A stretch of 63,511 nucleotides of DNA, the filler included, from Choristocarpus tenellus KU-1152 (Eukaryota; Protista; Phaeophyceae), in NCBI GenBank assembly GCA_964200185.2. It is 9 parts of 9 records of this genome, joined end to end, with 100 filler letters (N's around TTAATTAATTAA, not from the genome) between each part and the next. Parts side by side here need not be neighbours in the genome. Positions count along the whole stretch, not along the records: positions 35,164 to 41,547 come from CAXNAD020008254.1; positions 41,648 to 44,157 come from CAXNAD020027200.1; positions 44,258 to 53,369 come from CAXNAD020003971.1; 6 more parts are not named here. One strand, written 5' to 3'. A program made the position numbers and the translations under genes. A model generated the notes under the pieces. That model did not search any database and had not been told where the DNA came from. It saw only the letters and a list, made by a program, of their open reading frames with translations. Of this stretch, positions 39,800 through 51,600 are shown piece by piece (positions within the stretch are counted from its first letter, which is position 1; each line of letters begins with the position of its first letter).

Positions 39800-42700
39800 G
39801 TAAGGATTTGAGAATTTGGTGACGACAGGGATCTTCCCGTCATGAGGAGTGTCTTTTGGCCTTGTTAGTTCAGTGTGGGAGGCAGGTATTATTGTGGTTG
39901 CACTGGTGAATGGATTATGATTGCTCAGGTTTTTGCCGTCCTGACCTTCAGTCTGTGGGAGGTTGAGGTCAGGTACCATTACTGTGGTTCCAGAAGCATC
40001 CCCAGAGTATATGCTGGCATGTCCTATCCCCTTCCACGTACGTAATTCGGTACTGCTTCTTCCTCTCCCATACGCATAATGATATTCGGTGCAAATACAT
40101 TAATCGGGTCACGCCTCGGAAAACGCCAGGATCGACACCAGGTTTGCCCTTAAAAGTTCGGTCATATCCGGTCTATTGCGTCTGTTACCCTTGACAGCGT
40201 TTTGTTCATTTTGCTCGTTAAGATCTGATATCAGGGTGAGAAAATTTGGGGCTCGTTTCTCTGTAACGTCTGTTGTCCAGAATCTCTGGTTCTGTCTGTT
40301 TAATTATTATTCCTCGAAACAGTTCACTTCCGTATTGCGTACTTCGGAGTTTTCTAGGTAGTATCATTCTTCCACACATTACTTTCATCTTTCGAAGCAA
40401 TATAAAAGAAGAAAATCGACAGAATATAGATGAAATAATAGAAAATAAAAAAGGATATATTTGTCTTTCTCGCTCTTAAAATTCGTTGTCCACAAAAAAA
40501 GTATTTTTCTGTGTATGGCGAAAATATCAGGGTTACGTTATGTACAAGTTAGTTTTTCAAGGTGTCCATTAATTCGCGCCTTAGGCGAAGCGAGGGTTTG
40601 TATCCTCGTAGAAACAAGGGAGAATGTCCTTTGGACCAGATTTGCATGAGAAGGGCACACAGGCTGTTGTGTTGCTGACATGCTGGTGGTAGTTGTAGTA
40701 TTGGTCGGTAGTAACCACTATCATCTGTGATATTTGGTCTTTATTAGTACCTAAGTTGAATAATGCTTATAGACTTGAGGCGGTAGATTTCTTTAACACC
40801 AAGTAAAGTGCTCACAACTCACCCTATATCAGCCGCAGTTTGTTGTAACATACAGTATAGATTTCATATCTGGGATGCCTCCACTCTAGTTGAAAAGAAA
40901 CGTATTCGTAGGTGTGATAATCATTTTAACAGGTTATTTTATCTTGTGATGTGCCCCTCTTTTCCGGGGTGCTCACAGGACCTTGGCAGGTCATGTCCAC
41001 ACAGACATGTACACCAGTACCAGTACCAGTACAGTAGATGTACATAAAACCTCAATGATTGGCAACTTTGGATCCAGTCCTGACGCAAAACCAAGAACTG
41101 ACACAGAAACCCAATTGGGAGCCTCATACCAGTGGTGTCCGACCAGATCCACACATGAAGCAGAAATCTAACCAGTCCACAACTCAGAATGTGATACGAC
41201 ACCTGGACTTACTACTACAAACTGGACCCATATCTCAAGATAGCTCAGAAACAACCTTGGGCATACCAGTGACAACAGAGGCAGAACCATGATGCGATCA
41301 TGTCTGTAATATCATGCGATTTAACATGTCGTTCATGGCAGCATGAGTGATGTTGCTCCAGTACTCCTTAAGCAAGAGTAGTGTACAAGTCCTCTTTGAT
41401 TTATGATTGTAGTCAGGAGTGTATGCTGCTGTTTGGCAAAAGGGTCTACTCAATAGTTGGGAATGCGAAGAGTCGTTTGTTTGTTTTTGTCCTGGGTTCA
41501 ACTTCCTCCTTTGACTAAGTTCATATACACATCTGATGTTTGGGGGGNNNNNNNNNNNNNNNNNNNNNNNNNNNNNNNNNNNNNNNNNNNNTTAATTAAT
41601 TAANNNNNNNNNNNNNNNNNNNNNNNNNNNNNNNNNNNNNNNNNNNNCCCCTCACAAACCACCTCCCCTCCCCCCCCCAGATACTATGACCCACGCAGTC
41701 GTTGCTACTCACTCTTTTCGTCTGTTTATCTGGGATGTACACTTTACCTGCATTACAGATTGTGTTGCATTGTGTTATTTGTATAGAATGCAGGAGATAC
41801 TGGAACCATGCTTATATGTAGAGATAATTGCTCTTCAAATCTTATAGTTTCGCTGACAAACACAAGGCTGGTAGGCTACCTGACACTCTCGTATTTTCAA
41901 GTTGAGAGAACAAGAGAAATCCGTTACTCCAACCCTGGCACCCATCTGACGTTATGTACTTTGTGATGTAATCGTTCACACACCACACATACATGTTCAA
42001 AAGGAATATAAGATATATGCTTCTAAACTTGACCAAGAAACGCCCGTTCAAAGTTAATTTATCTTTTTCACTAGTTCCACTAATGTACATCCTATATTGG
42101 AGGGGAAGCAATGGCGCATGGAGCAGGAGTCCGAGTTTGGACCGTCTTACGGGTATTTTAGCTCCCAAGTATCAATCCATCACCAGACAAGGAAACAACT
42201 ACGTCTATGCCGCATTTTGCCTTTGGTAATGACTTGCTGTACAAAATACATTCCCCAGCAGAAAATTGTGTCATGTGCTTGTACGTCCAGTCGGTCAATA
42301 ATCATTTCTCTCGTTTTGTTGTGCTTAATCTGTTCCAAACAAAGAGGCTGCCGAAATTACTCGTACGTTGGTAGAACGTGACTTTTCAGTTTTCAGCGCA
42401 CCCAAGTTGTTACCCTTCGATCAAAGTACAGAATTTGAAAGCTTATGGTTAGTTCCAGTCTGTATTTCGACAAGAAAACCAAACCCACACTCTATCGCAC
42501 TCAATCAAGGAAATTTTGTGTTAAGGAGAGTACATACTACGTTGTATTCTATGCTAGAAATACATAATTCTATTGCTGGGAAATAACTGGGGTTCGTTGC
42601 TGCTTTTCGTACAGGTAGCCCAATACACGCAACTTTCAGTTAAAAGCTACATTAAACCACGCTTTTCCTTCTCTTTTGAAAAGCGAAGTCGTTTACCCAT

Positions 42701-43716
42701 TGTTCGTCTAGTTCTGATCCAGACGTTACTCTATTGTACTGAAACGTTAACACAGCAAACAAAAGATGAGGCATTGGAGTTGGCACGCCGGAACATCGGT
42801 GAACAAGTTGGAAATCAGGAAAGTGTCAACCATCGTCTTGTGTTCCCCATTTTCGTACCTGATGATAAAGTCTTAGTCCATAGGTCACATGAGAGTATTA
42901 ATGTCCGAATCCTAAGATACTTCACTCTTCGAGGGTCCGTTCGAAGTACATTCTAAAGTATTACCCATCATTTGTACAGAGTCGTATTGCCCGGAAACCC
43001 TTATGTCGGTTTTCCGTTCATTTGTGTAGAATTAAATGTTACTACCCATAAGCCCAACCTCTTACACACCACACGAATGAACTGAATTGTTTATTTTGGG
43101 AAAGCTGTTACCATTGCTGGACGTAGATCATCAAGTGCATTAATATCATTGTTGGACATAGACCTGACCGTGGTCTTCGTTCGTCCACAAACTTTATCTA
43201 TCGCCTGTATTTTTATCATACTGTGATTGATGGGTATAGTCTATCTTACTGTTAATAGATGAGATAATTGGTAACAAATCTCAGTCAACTTGCTCATAAC
43301 TAGTCTTGACTCAACGTCTCGTGTTTATCAAGTCTATTAATCCTTTGCAAATAGGCTTCTGTATATATATAGGTTGATGGACGTTTAGATAAACTAATAA
43401 TAAAATGTTAAACTTCAAAATATCGCTTTGGCGTTAGTGAAGAGACCCATCAAATCACTGGATACAGTACCACTCGTGTGTGCCAGAGGTGACTGATCAT
43501 TACATTATGCCTCTTTTCATAATATATATTACTGCTCATCGTGGAATGATTAACCTCAATAAAAACAAAGATTTGAACGTCCACCACTAGGTAGGAGATG
43601 AAGACTTCATATAACTACATTTGTTCTTTGTTCTTTGAGTAGCATCGACCCCCGAAACGATGCAAATTACCACACGATCACCTGACATCATATTGAGTTT
43701 TGCGTTACCAACATTT

Positions 43717-43895
43717 GACTCAAAGTATCCGAGAGGGGGTGGCTGCTGTCCATTTGGGGTCAATTTTTTCATGTCGCGATTTTTGGATGATTTGGTTGCA
43801 TACGTCCGATCGATAACAAAAATGCGCTTTTCTTGATTTTGGTCCAAAATGGACACCCCGATGTAGACCCCCCCTCACCCCCAGATACTTCGGTC
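43717..43895. mobile_element. MITE family B
   Basis: GACTCAAAGTATC...GATACTTCGGTC with internal GTCCATTTGGGGTCAATTTTTTCATGTCGCG. Confidence 0.75.
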
Positions 43896-44257
43896 ATTGT
43901 CCATGGGAATATTGTTGCCGTCATGAGCAATATTTCCTTTCGTACCAGAATGTGAGGAAGAAGAAATATGCACACGTCGTCTTTCGATCTCGTCGTCTGC
44001 TATGTGGATTTTGATCACATCATACATGCCCTTGTGCTTTTATACATCAAAAAGTTGATGGAAATAATCGTAAACACTTGTTAAGCGACTCAAAGTATTT
44101 GGGGGGGGGAGGGGGGGGTGGCGGCTGTCCATTCGGGGCTCATTTTTCCATATCGCGNNNNNNNNNNNNNNNNNNNNNNNNNNNNNNNNNNNNNNNNNNN
44201 NTTAATTAATTAANNNNNNNNNNNNNNNNNNNNNNNNNNNNNNNNNNNNNNNNNNNN

Positions 44258-44385
44258 AGTCGCTTCGACGATTGATTTCCCAGCTCACCACGATTAATCA
44301 GTTGCTTCGACGATTGATTTTCCAGCTTACCACTATTAATTAGTCGCTTCGACGATTGATTCCCAGCTATCCCTAACCCTAATTA
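44258..44385. repeat. 42-bp tandem repeat x3 ending in CCCTAACCCTAA
   Basis: AGTCGCTTCGACGATTGATT at 44258, 44300 and 44342. Confidence 0.8.
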
Positions 44386-45039
44386 CTACAAAAACGATAT
44401 TGTACCACATCAAATATGTGCCGCTTTTTTCGGGCATGCTCATGGGTTCAAAAAATCGGGGTAGGTACTGTATATGTATCTCAAGTCCAAATATCAAATA
44501 TCAATTTTATTGATAATATATATTGAAATCACTGTATATTTTAATGTCAACAACTTTCAAAATGAGTTGGTATTTGATATACGAATATCAAAAAATTAAA
44601 ACGCGTATCAAACATATATTATTTGATGTTTGATAGTTCGATAGTGGTTTGACATTAAAATCGGAAATTACAGGATTTTAACCGTATTACAAGAAATGTA
44701 CACACACCCATCCAGTATGTAATGGAAGGAACAACCCCCTATTCAACAAGTGAACCAAGCCCACAGCGAAAACACGCCCCCAACATTATCTCCAAGCACA
44801 CACGAGCACTAATCATTCACAGTTTTGTTCACGTGCCGCCTCTACCATCAGCTCAGTATCTGAGTCACATGAGTAAAGTGGTCATAACCTAACACAGAGA
44901 AAACAGCATGCACCATGCACCACTTTACCCTAGGAGAGGTGGCAAAAACACCGCACAAGATACGGAATTTGTCTTTACCATCACCATGATTTCGTGCTAC
45001 CTACACCTTCAACACTTGAGCATCAACGTCATCTCAATA

Positions 45040-45258
45040 AAGAGCATAGCAGGACAGTACCATGAAATAAATCACGTTTTCGCTTGGGGGTAACTGTGTT
45101 GCCAGTAGAGGAGAGCGAGTGTTCAGATGCAGCTGAAGAAATCTGTGCAGGCAAAGGCTTCTATGTCACAAGCTACTCAACACTTCAAAAATTTCCTCAT
45201 TTGTCACAGGCGAATAGCGCGAGCATTTTCTCCTCATGTTTTAGCAAATACGAACATT
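45040..45258 (-). pseudogene. hAT transposase C-terminal dimerization domain remnant
   Basis: Minus-strand translation KPLPAQISSAASEHSLSSTGNTVTPKRKR matches the hATC motif SSAxSERxFSxxGxxxTxKR. Truncated by the gypsy LTR. Confidence 0.6.
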
Positions 45259-46366
45259 TGTGTTAGACGTATAATGTGAGGATTGCTTCTCGAGTTCTGA
45301 CAAGTACAAACTATATACAATATTAGTAACACATAGGTAGCCTTACAGAATAAAATATGATTTCGTAGAAGATGCAGAGTAAGATTCGGTATACCTACGT
45401 AACATTACAGAAGAAAATGTCAAAGTCACTAAGAAGTTGAAGAATAAAGGTTTATGATTGGAGTACCTGTAGAGCAGTTGATAGAAGACCAAAGAAGTTG
45501 GGTGGATGATGAAAATAATAAGAGGGCTTCTAGTGGAAACACTTTACCTCCCTTATGCACCAGCCTTTATCTTTTGAACGAAACATTGAGTCAAGCTTTG
45601 AGCTAAGCACTGAGTGGAGTATCAATAGAAGGCTATCTGACACCCTACAAACCGTTGTAAAAGGCAATGCTCCCATAGCGTCGTTTTAAGGTCGTTGGAT
45701 TTGAATTGTACATCCTGTGGAGGTGAGTTCTGAGGGGCTCCTGTAACATGGAGGTCCTACCGCCTCTCTTCAAACTGGAGGGAATACTCATTTGTTCACC
45801 TCAACACTTAGGATTCTTTGTAGCTTCCTATGCCCACCTGGATTCTTTTCTTTTCCCCCTTGAGCTTGTGGTCTTCATCCGTCGTCTACGGGATTCCCTT
45901 CTTGGGCTCGTCGTCTTCATGGGTCTGAGGTCTTCTGTGGCTCTGAGGGAATCGCCCCTCTCTAACCGTAAAACGAGTGGCCTCTGATCGCCACATCACT
46001 CGCCTATAGTCATAAAATGAGTGGTCTTTGATCACCATGGTCGAGACGTTGCCTAGGTAGTCAATTGTTCTGTGTTCCTTTACTCACACATTTTTGTTCT
46101 CTTTTGGTTGCCATCTTGCCCTTTATTCCCCAGGTTTACAGACATATCTGGCTCACAGTATTCGCGAGAAGCTGAGGTCACCTCCAACCTACAGATCCTC
46201 GAAGGCATCAATGATTCCGAGAGATTCCAGTCCAGTACCACAACTCAAGGCAATTCTGGTTGCAGCTGTGCCCACGCTGCTGAACGTCGAGGCAGGCACA
46301 GAGAGCACGTTCGTTTTCGGTCTTCTGCTCGTGGCAGATCCCGCTCCAGGTCGAGATCCCAGGACA

Positions 46367-46548
46367 GGCTCACAGTATCTAGGGGGGGGGGGTGGCGACT
46401 GTCCATTTGGGGTCAATTTTTTCATGTCGCGACTTTTGTGTAATTTGGTTGCATATGTCGGATGGATAATTTAAATTCACTCTAGCTGAATTTGGTCCAA
46501 ATGGACACCCTGGTTTAAACCTCACCCCCCTCCCAGATACTTTGGGTC
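46367..46548. mobile_element. MITE family B in the gypsy leader
   Basis: GGCTCACAGTATCT...AGATACTTTGGGTC. Confidence 0.75.
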
Positions 46549-46989
46549 ACAGGCGCTCTCATTGACACGGATGGAGGACCAGAGAAGAACACAGAGGCCA
46601 CACCCGTTCACCGCGTTGTCACCGTCGGACCAGTGATTATTATTCTTCACACAGGTCTGTATCACCCAGACCATCTCAAAGGAATAGCCTGAATACAGTA
46701 CGTCAGTCCAGAGAGGTCGAGACAGAGTTGTGAAGAGAAATTCATGAGTTGCGTACACGAGCTGAGTCGCATGAGTCACAACACGATAGGCAGGAGTGCA
46801 ACCTCGACATGCGTTATCATCAAGATTGTGTTAAAACCATGGAGTGCATTCATAAGAAACTCGGAGATCCTGTCCACTGCCCCGTCATTCTTGGAGTACC
46901 TACAGATAACTCCGCCCCAACCATGTCAAATAACCCCGTTTTTTCGCTGACGCTCTCACCAAGGCTTTAGGGAGGGTTCAAGGAGGATC

Positions 46990-48465
46990 GTGGGCCTTAC
47001 CCAAAGATCGTGTCCACTATCGCAATACATAACGTCACATAGTGATGCCCTTACCCCTTTCCGCATCGAGTTTTTTGAGCAACTACTGTCTGACTCTCTT
47101 AGGACCCACAGTGATCTCCTAAGCGACTCATCTACAGTGGAAGTCCTGAGCGTCACCGGACACCTCCTTCGGGTTCCTCGGGAAGGCCTGACAGCGACTG
47201 AATGGGCCCGTATCCTGGTGAGAGAATGCACTCTTTCGTATAGTCAGTCGAAGAATGCCGTAAAGAACGCAATGAGCTCTTTAGGGACCGAGAGAGGGGA
47301 ATCGTGGAAAGCTGCAGCCAACCGACTTGTCTTACATTATCAAGCATACACCATAGATTCGTGGATGCCTCATGTTTGCGAGACAACTTTCTTTTGGAGG
47401 TATATAGCTGAAGATCAACTCATTGACCTATGCGAACGAGCTCTTCCTATTCTTCTTCCCAATGTTCTAGATCAGGTTGGAGTACAGTCGATGGCATTTT
47501 CATTTCGAAAGGAGATTCGGAATCAAATTCGCCCACTGGCAATTTCCCAGAATAATCCTTTAGGAGATGAAATGGTACAGCGGGGAATTAAAGCAGAACG
47601 GATCTTTGACGATCTTATCGAAGAATTGTCCAATCGTAACGACCAGTACGCATTTTTCCCAACCAATCAAAATGCCACAAAACCTGCGTCGTCCAAAGAT
47701 AGGACACCTACTGCTTTAGGTAGCATGGCTAACGCTCGTGCTATGTTTGCAAGCATGTCCGGCTCTTTGTCTGCCCCACTTGAAACCCCGATAGGCAGAC
47801 AGGAACTGGAATTACCTCAACATAGCAGGACATCCTTGCCGCAGGAGGTGCCAAGCCAGAATCCACCACCACACCAAGAGGTGGTCAACAGTGTGTTGGT
47901 GGCCCTCGCACCGATGCTCCAACTTGTTTTGTCCCAAAACCCCCTGCCTATTGTCTGTGCTGCGTTGACAAACCAACTTGCTTCTGCTCCTGGGAAACAC
48001 GGGACCACGTTCGTTTCTAAGAGCAATGCATCCGCATCCGTTCAACCAGCAACACCCGCCACCCAGTCTGTGCCCCAATCCACGTCCTCTATAACCACAG
48101 ACAGAGCGAGCAATGCAGGTCAACACCATTCGGGTAAGCATTTATCTTCACCATCTGCTTCCCAAGATGAGATTGTCAAGTGGCTCAAGGCACGTCGAGT
48201 TTGTTTCCATCATGCTTTTGGTCGCGAATGCTTCAAGTCTATCAGTCGCAGGTGCAGGTATACTCACGACGACTCCGTAGTACTTAAGGGTTACTTTGCA
48301 TATCTTTCCCAAGATAAGCCAAGTACTACCCCAGCGAACGAGTCGCGTACGATGGTAGCCTTGACAGATTCCCATTTGCACTACCTCACCGCTATGCAGG
48401 ACTTTGAGTTTCCGCCACTATTTGCAAGCAGCCCGACCGATTCTGAAGCACCTGAGTTACCCTGA
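46990..48465 (+). CDS. Gag-like ORF with a C-terminal CCCH zinc finger
   Basis: 491-aa ORF between the PBS and protease. CFHHAFGRECFKSISRRCRYTH. Confidence 0.65.
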   Translation: MGLTQRSCPLSQYITSHSDALTPFRIEFFEQLLSDSLRTHSDLLSDSSTVEVLSVTGHLLRVPREGLTATEWARILVRECTLSYSQSKNAVKNAMSSLGTERGESWKAAANRLVLHYQAYTIDSWMPHVCETTFFWRYIAEDQLIDLCERALPILLPNVLDQVGVQSMAFSFRKEIRNQIRPLAISQNNPLGDEMVQRGIKAERIFDDLIEELSNRNDQYAFFPTNQNATKPASSKDRTPTALGSMANARAMFASMSGSLSAPLETPIGRQELELPQHSRTSLPQEVPSQNPPPHQEVVNSVLVALAPMLQLVLSQNPLPIVCAALTNQLASAPGKHGTTFVSKSNASASVQPATPATQSVPQSTSSITTDRASNAGQHHSGKHLSSPSASQDEIVKWLKARRVCFHHAFGRECFKSISRRCRYTHDDSVVLKGYFAYLSQDKPSTTPANESRTMVALTDSHLHYLTAMQDFEFPPLFASSPTDSEAPELP

Positions 48466-48629
48466 GGGTGCGCCCTGGAGTCTTCACCTCCAGGGAACTT
48501 AGAGAATGTAGCCATAGGAAGCATGACCTCCACACCCACCTCGACATATCCACTATGTCAACTGCCCAACGGACTAGTCAAGTATGACTATCTGCACTGC
48601 TGTGGCACCCTCGCAAAGTCCGCTCGAGA

Positions 48630-51600
48630 ATGCCTGTATAGATACTCCTTGACACAGGTGCAGGAGGTGGGAACAACATTTTGTCTGCTTTTTGGCGCAG
48701 TACTACTCTCTGGGGAGGTAGCACCGGCCTACAACACCTTAACCAAACCTGTAAAGGAACGTTGCATGCGGCAAACCCGAAAGGATGCAGTATCCCACCT
48801 ATGCAGCTACTAGGATCCTGCATACTGCCAATATTGTTTCCCCCAGAGGATAGAGTCCGCAATGTGACATTTAGAGTAGTGGAAAGCTTACCTTACGGGA
48901 TGGTTCTGGGAGCAGCATTCTGTAGGCAGAACAAGAGCATACTGTCATTTTGAGAGGGGGAAGGCTTTCGACTAGCTCCAAACTCACCATGGATACCTTT
49001 TGTTCGAGCTGTGACACCCCGATCTCGTCATAACAATGCACCCCTGTCAGCCCTAGGAGAATGGCAAGCATCAATGACACCCACAACCCGACTATCCAAG
49101 TACCACAGACTGCCTCCTAATAACCCCAGATCAGCTGGATATAGAGAACCCCGCCCTGACGCACTCCCTACATTCCCAAGATGCACTAGTACTCTAACCG
49201 GTGAACATACACCACCAGAAAAGGAACATGCAACTTTTTTTGATGTAGACCCAGAAGCAGGCACCCGAGATACGGATCCAGAGGCAGGTATCGCCACAAA
49301 AGATCTTACCCAGGACAAGGATCCCCTGACCCGATCATTGCAGAGCCCAGGTGTAGTACCCATTCCGGTAGAGGTAGCGTGGGAGGACGATGGGACTCTG
49401 CAATGGGAATTGCGTCAGTCAGACGTAGAACATGTAAAAGGGTTTGTCAGCAAAGTCTGCAAAGGACTTGTTAAGGGGGCAAAACCACAGTCCAGAGAGT
49501 TAGTGATGATTGAGCCCTTATCAGAGTATAACCTGGAATTAGGAAAAGCTGACGGAGTTGCCAGAGGGGTACAATGGTGGAACCCAGGAACCCCCATCTA
49601 TTGCAAGCTGGCAAATACGTGCAGTAAGCCCAGTAGTGTTCAGGCAGGACTGCCAGTTGCAAAGGCGATTGCTCAGAATATTCAGGATACATAGAGGGTG
49701 GTTGCACTCTTTCAGTCACTAGCCCATTCCCTCAAAGACCCTCAGAAAGCACAGGTTCTGCTTGCCACGACTAGGTCTTAGACAAGGCATCACCCAGAAG
49801 CAGACGAGACTGGCGACTGCCCGGTAGCAGAGGAAGAAGACACCCCTTCGGGTGAAGCCAAGGGGGTCCGACATCAATTGGTGAGCCTTAGCGATGCCAA
49901 TATGGGACAGCTGACACCAAGGCAGAAGAAACAGTTGGTGGAATTGTTAGAAGAATTTAGAAATTTAGGGGTATTCCCTGAAGATCCCAAACGAGTCCCC
50001 CCATGCTCTAGAGGAGTACAAAATATACCACTATTAGACGAGAACTGCACACCCTACGCAGCGAAACAAAGGCGCTTTTCTCCTGAAGAAATACAGATGA
50101 TTCAGGCCGAGGTCAAGCAGTTGCAGGAACGTGGTATTATCAGACCCTCCACCTCAGCATGGGCAGCAGCAGTAGTAGCAGTACGTAAGAAAGATGGGAC
50201 CCTGAGGTTATGCACAGACTATAGGATGCTCAATGATCTCTCGCGTAGTGATAGTAGAGGTCTCGGGAACATCACCAGCATCTTTGATAAGCTTAAGGGT
50301 TCTAGCTATTTCACTGCCATAGATCTAGCATCGGGATTCTTTCAACTAGAAATCGCAGAGGTAGACAAACATAAGACAACCTTCCGTGACGCTCATGGAC
50401 AACTTTGGGAATATAACAGGTATGGCTATGGGTTGAAAATCTTACCTGCAGTATTCTCTAGTTACATGAGAGAGGCATTAGGAGATCTCAAAGGAAACAG
50501 TGTAGAAAACTGACTCGACAATCGTTTTGATATAGCTCATCATTTGATGAACACATGACCAAACTTCACCTCCTTCTTACCAGACTCAAGCAATACGGCC
50601 TGTCTGTGAACTTTCCCAAATCCTCGTGGTGCATGCCCTCACAAGAATTTGTAGGAATGAAGGTAGGTAGAGATGGCTTGAGTGCTGCTCCATCAAAAAT
50701 GATAGCAGTAGCAAAACTTGATCCCCCATCTACAATTGAGCAGTTAAGAAGTTTCCTAGGCATGACAGGATACATGCGACAGTTTGTTCCGAACTATGGC
50801 CAAGTAGCTGCACCTCTGACTGACATCCTCCAGAATAAAGGGCATGCTTCCAAAAGAGACAGGAAGAAGAGTACCCCTTGGGGACCAGGGGAACAGAAAG
50901 CCTTTGAAGAACTTAAAGTGCGTCTGGTCTCTCCACCAATCCTAGGTTTTCCTAACTGGGATAAGCAGTTCCTCCTCCATACATATGCTAGTGATGAAGG
51001 GGCTGGAGCAACACTGACCCAGGTACAGGATGATGACCAAGAACATGTCATAGCTTATGCTAGCCATAGATGGTCTAAAACAGACAGTAGGAGAGCACCC
51101 ACTGAAAGGGAATGCATGGCTATCTTGTAGGCTGTAGAACACTTCCGCTCCTACATTTGGGGTTGGAAATTGAGTGAAAGTATCGTTGAGGGTTCGAGTT
51201 TTGCCCTGTTTGTCCATTTCGGGCTTGGCTTCCCTCGGGGTTTTTGTGACATTTTCCTACTCCAAAATACTTCGGACGAGGTAAAATGTATACGTTATGA
51301 AAAGGTGTGTCCGGAATGAGGATATTGGCAGTTCCTAACAAACACAATAGCCCAAATTGCATCAAAATCGCAACATTGGACTTTGGCCCCCAAATGGACG
51401 CGGCTCTACCTCTAAGATACTTTGGCTCAATTCACCCTAGTCACTGACTGCTCCGCATTGACTTGGCTCTTCAAGAGCCGTGAACTTAGCCCCAAGCTCC
51501 ACAGGTGGGCCCTCCGTCTTATGGACAATGACATGGAACTTAAGTGGCGAGCAGGTTCGAAGCACCAACTACCAGATGGACTGTCACGACTTTCCTCACC

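Noticed and set aside
39403-39979. Minus-strand ORFs suggesting a gag remnant
   Set aside because: Better explained as the antisense of the TBC exon at 39691-39799.
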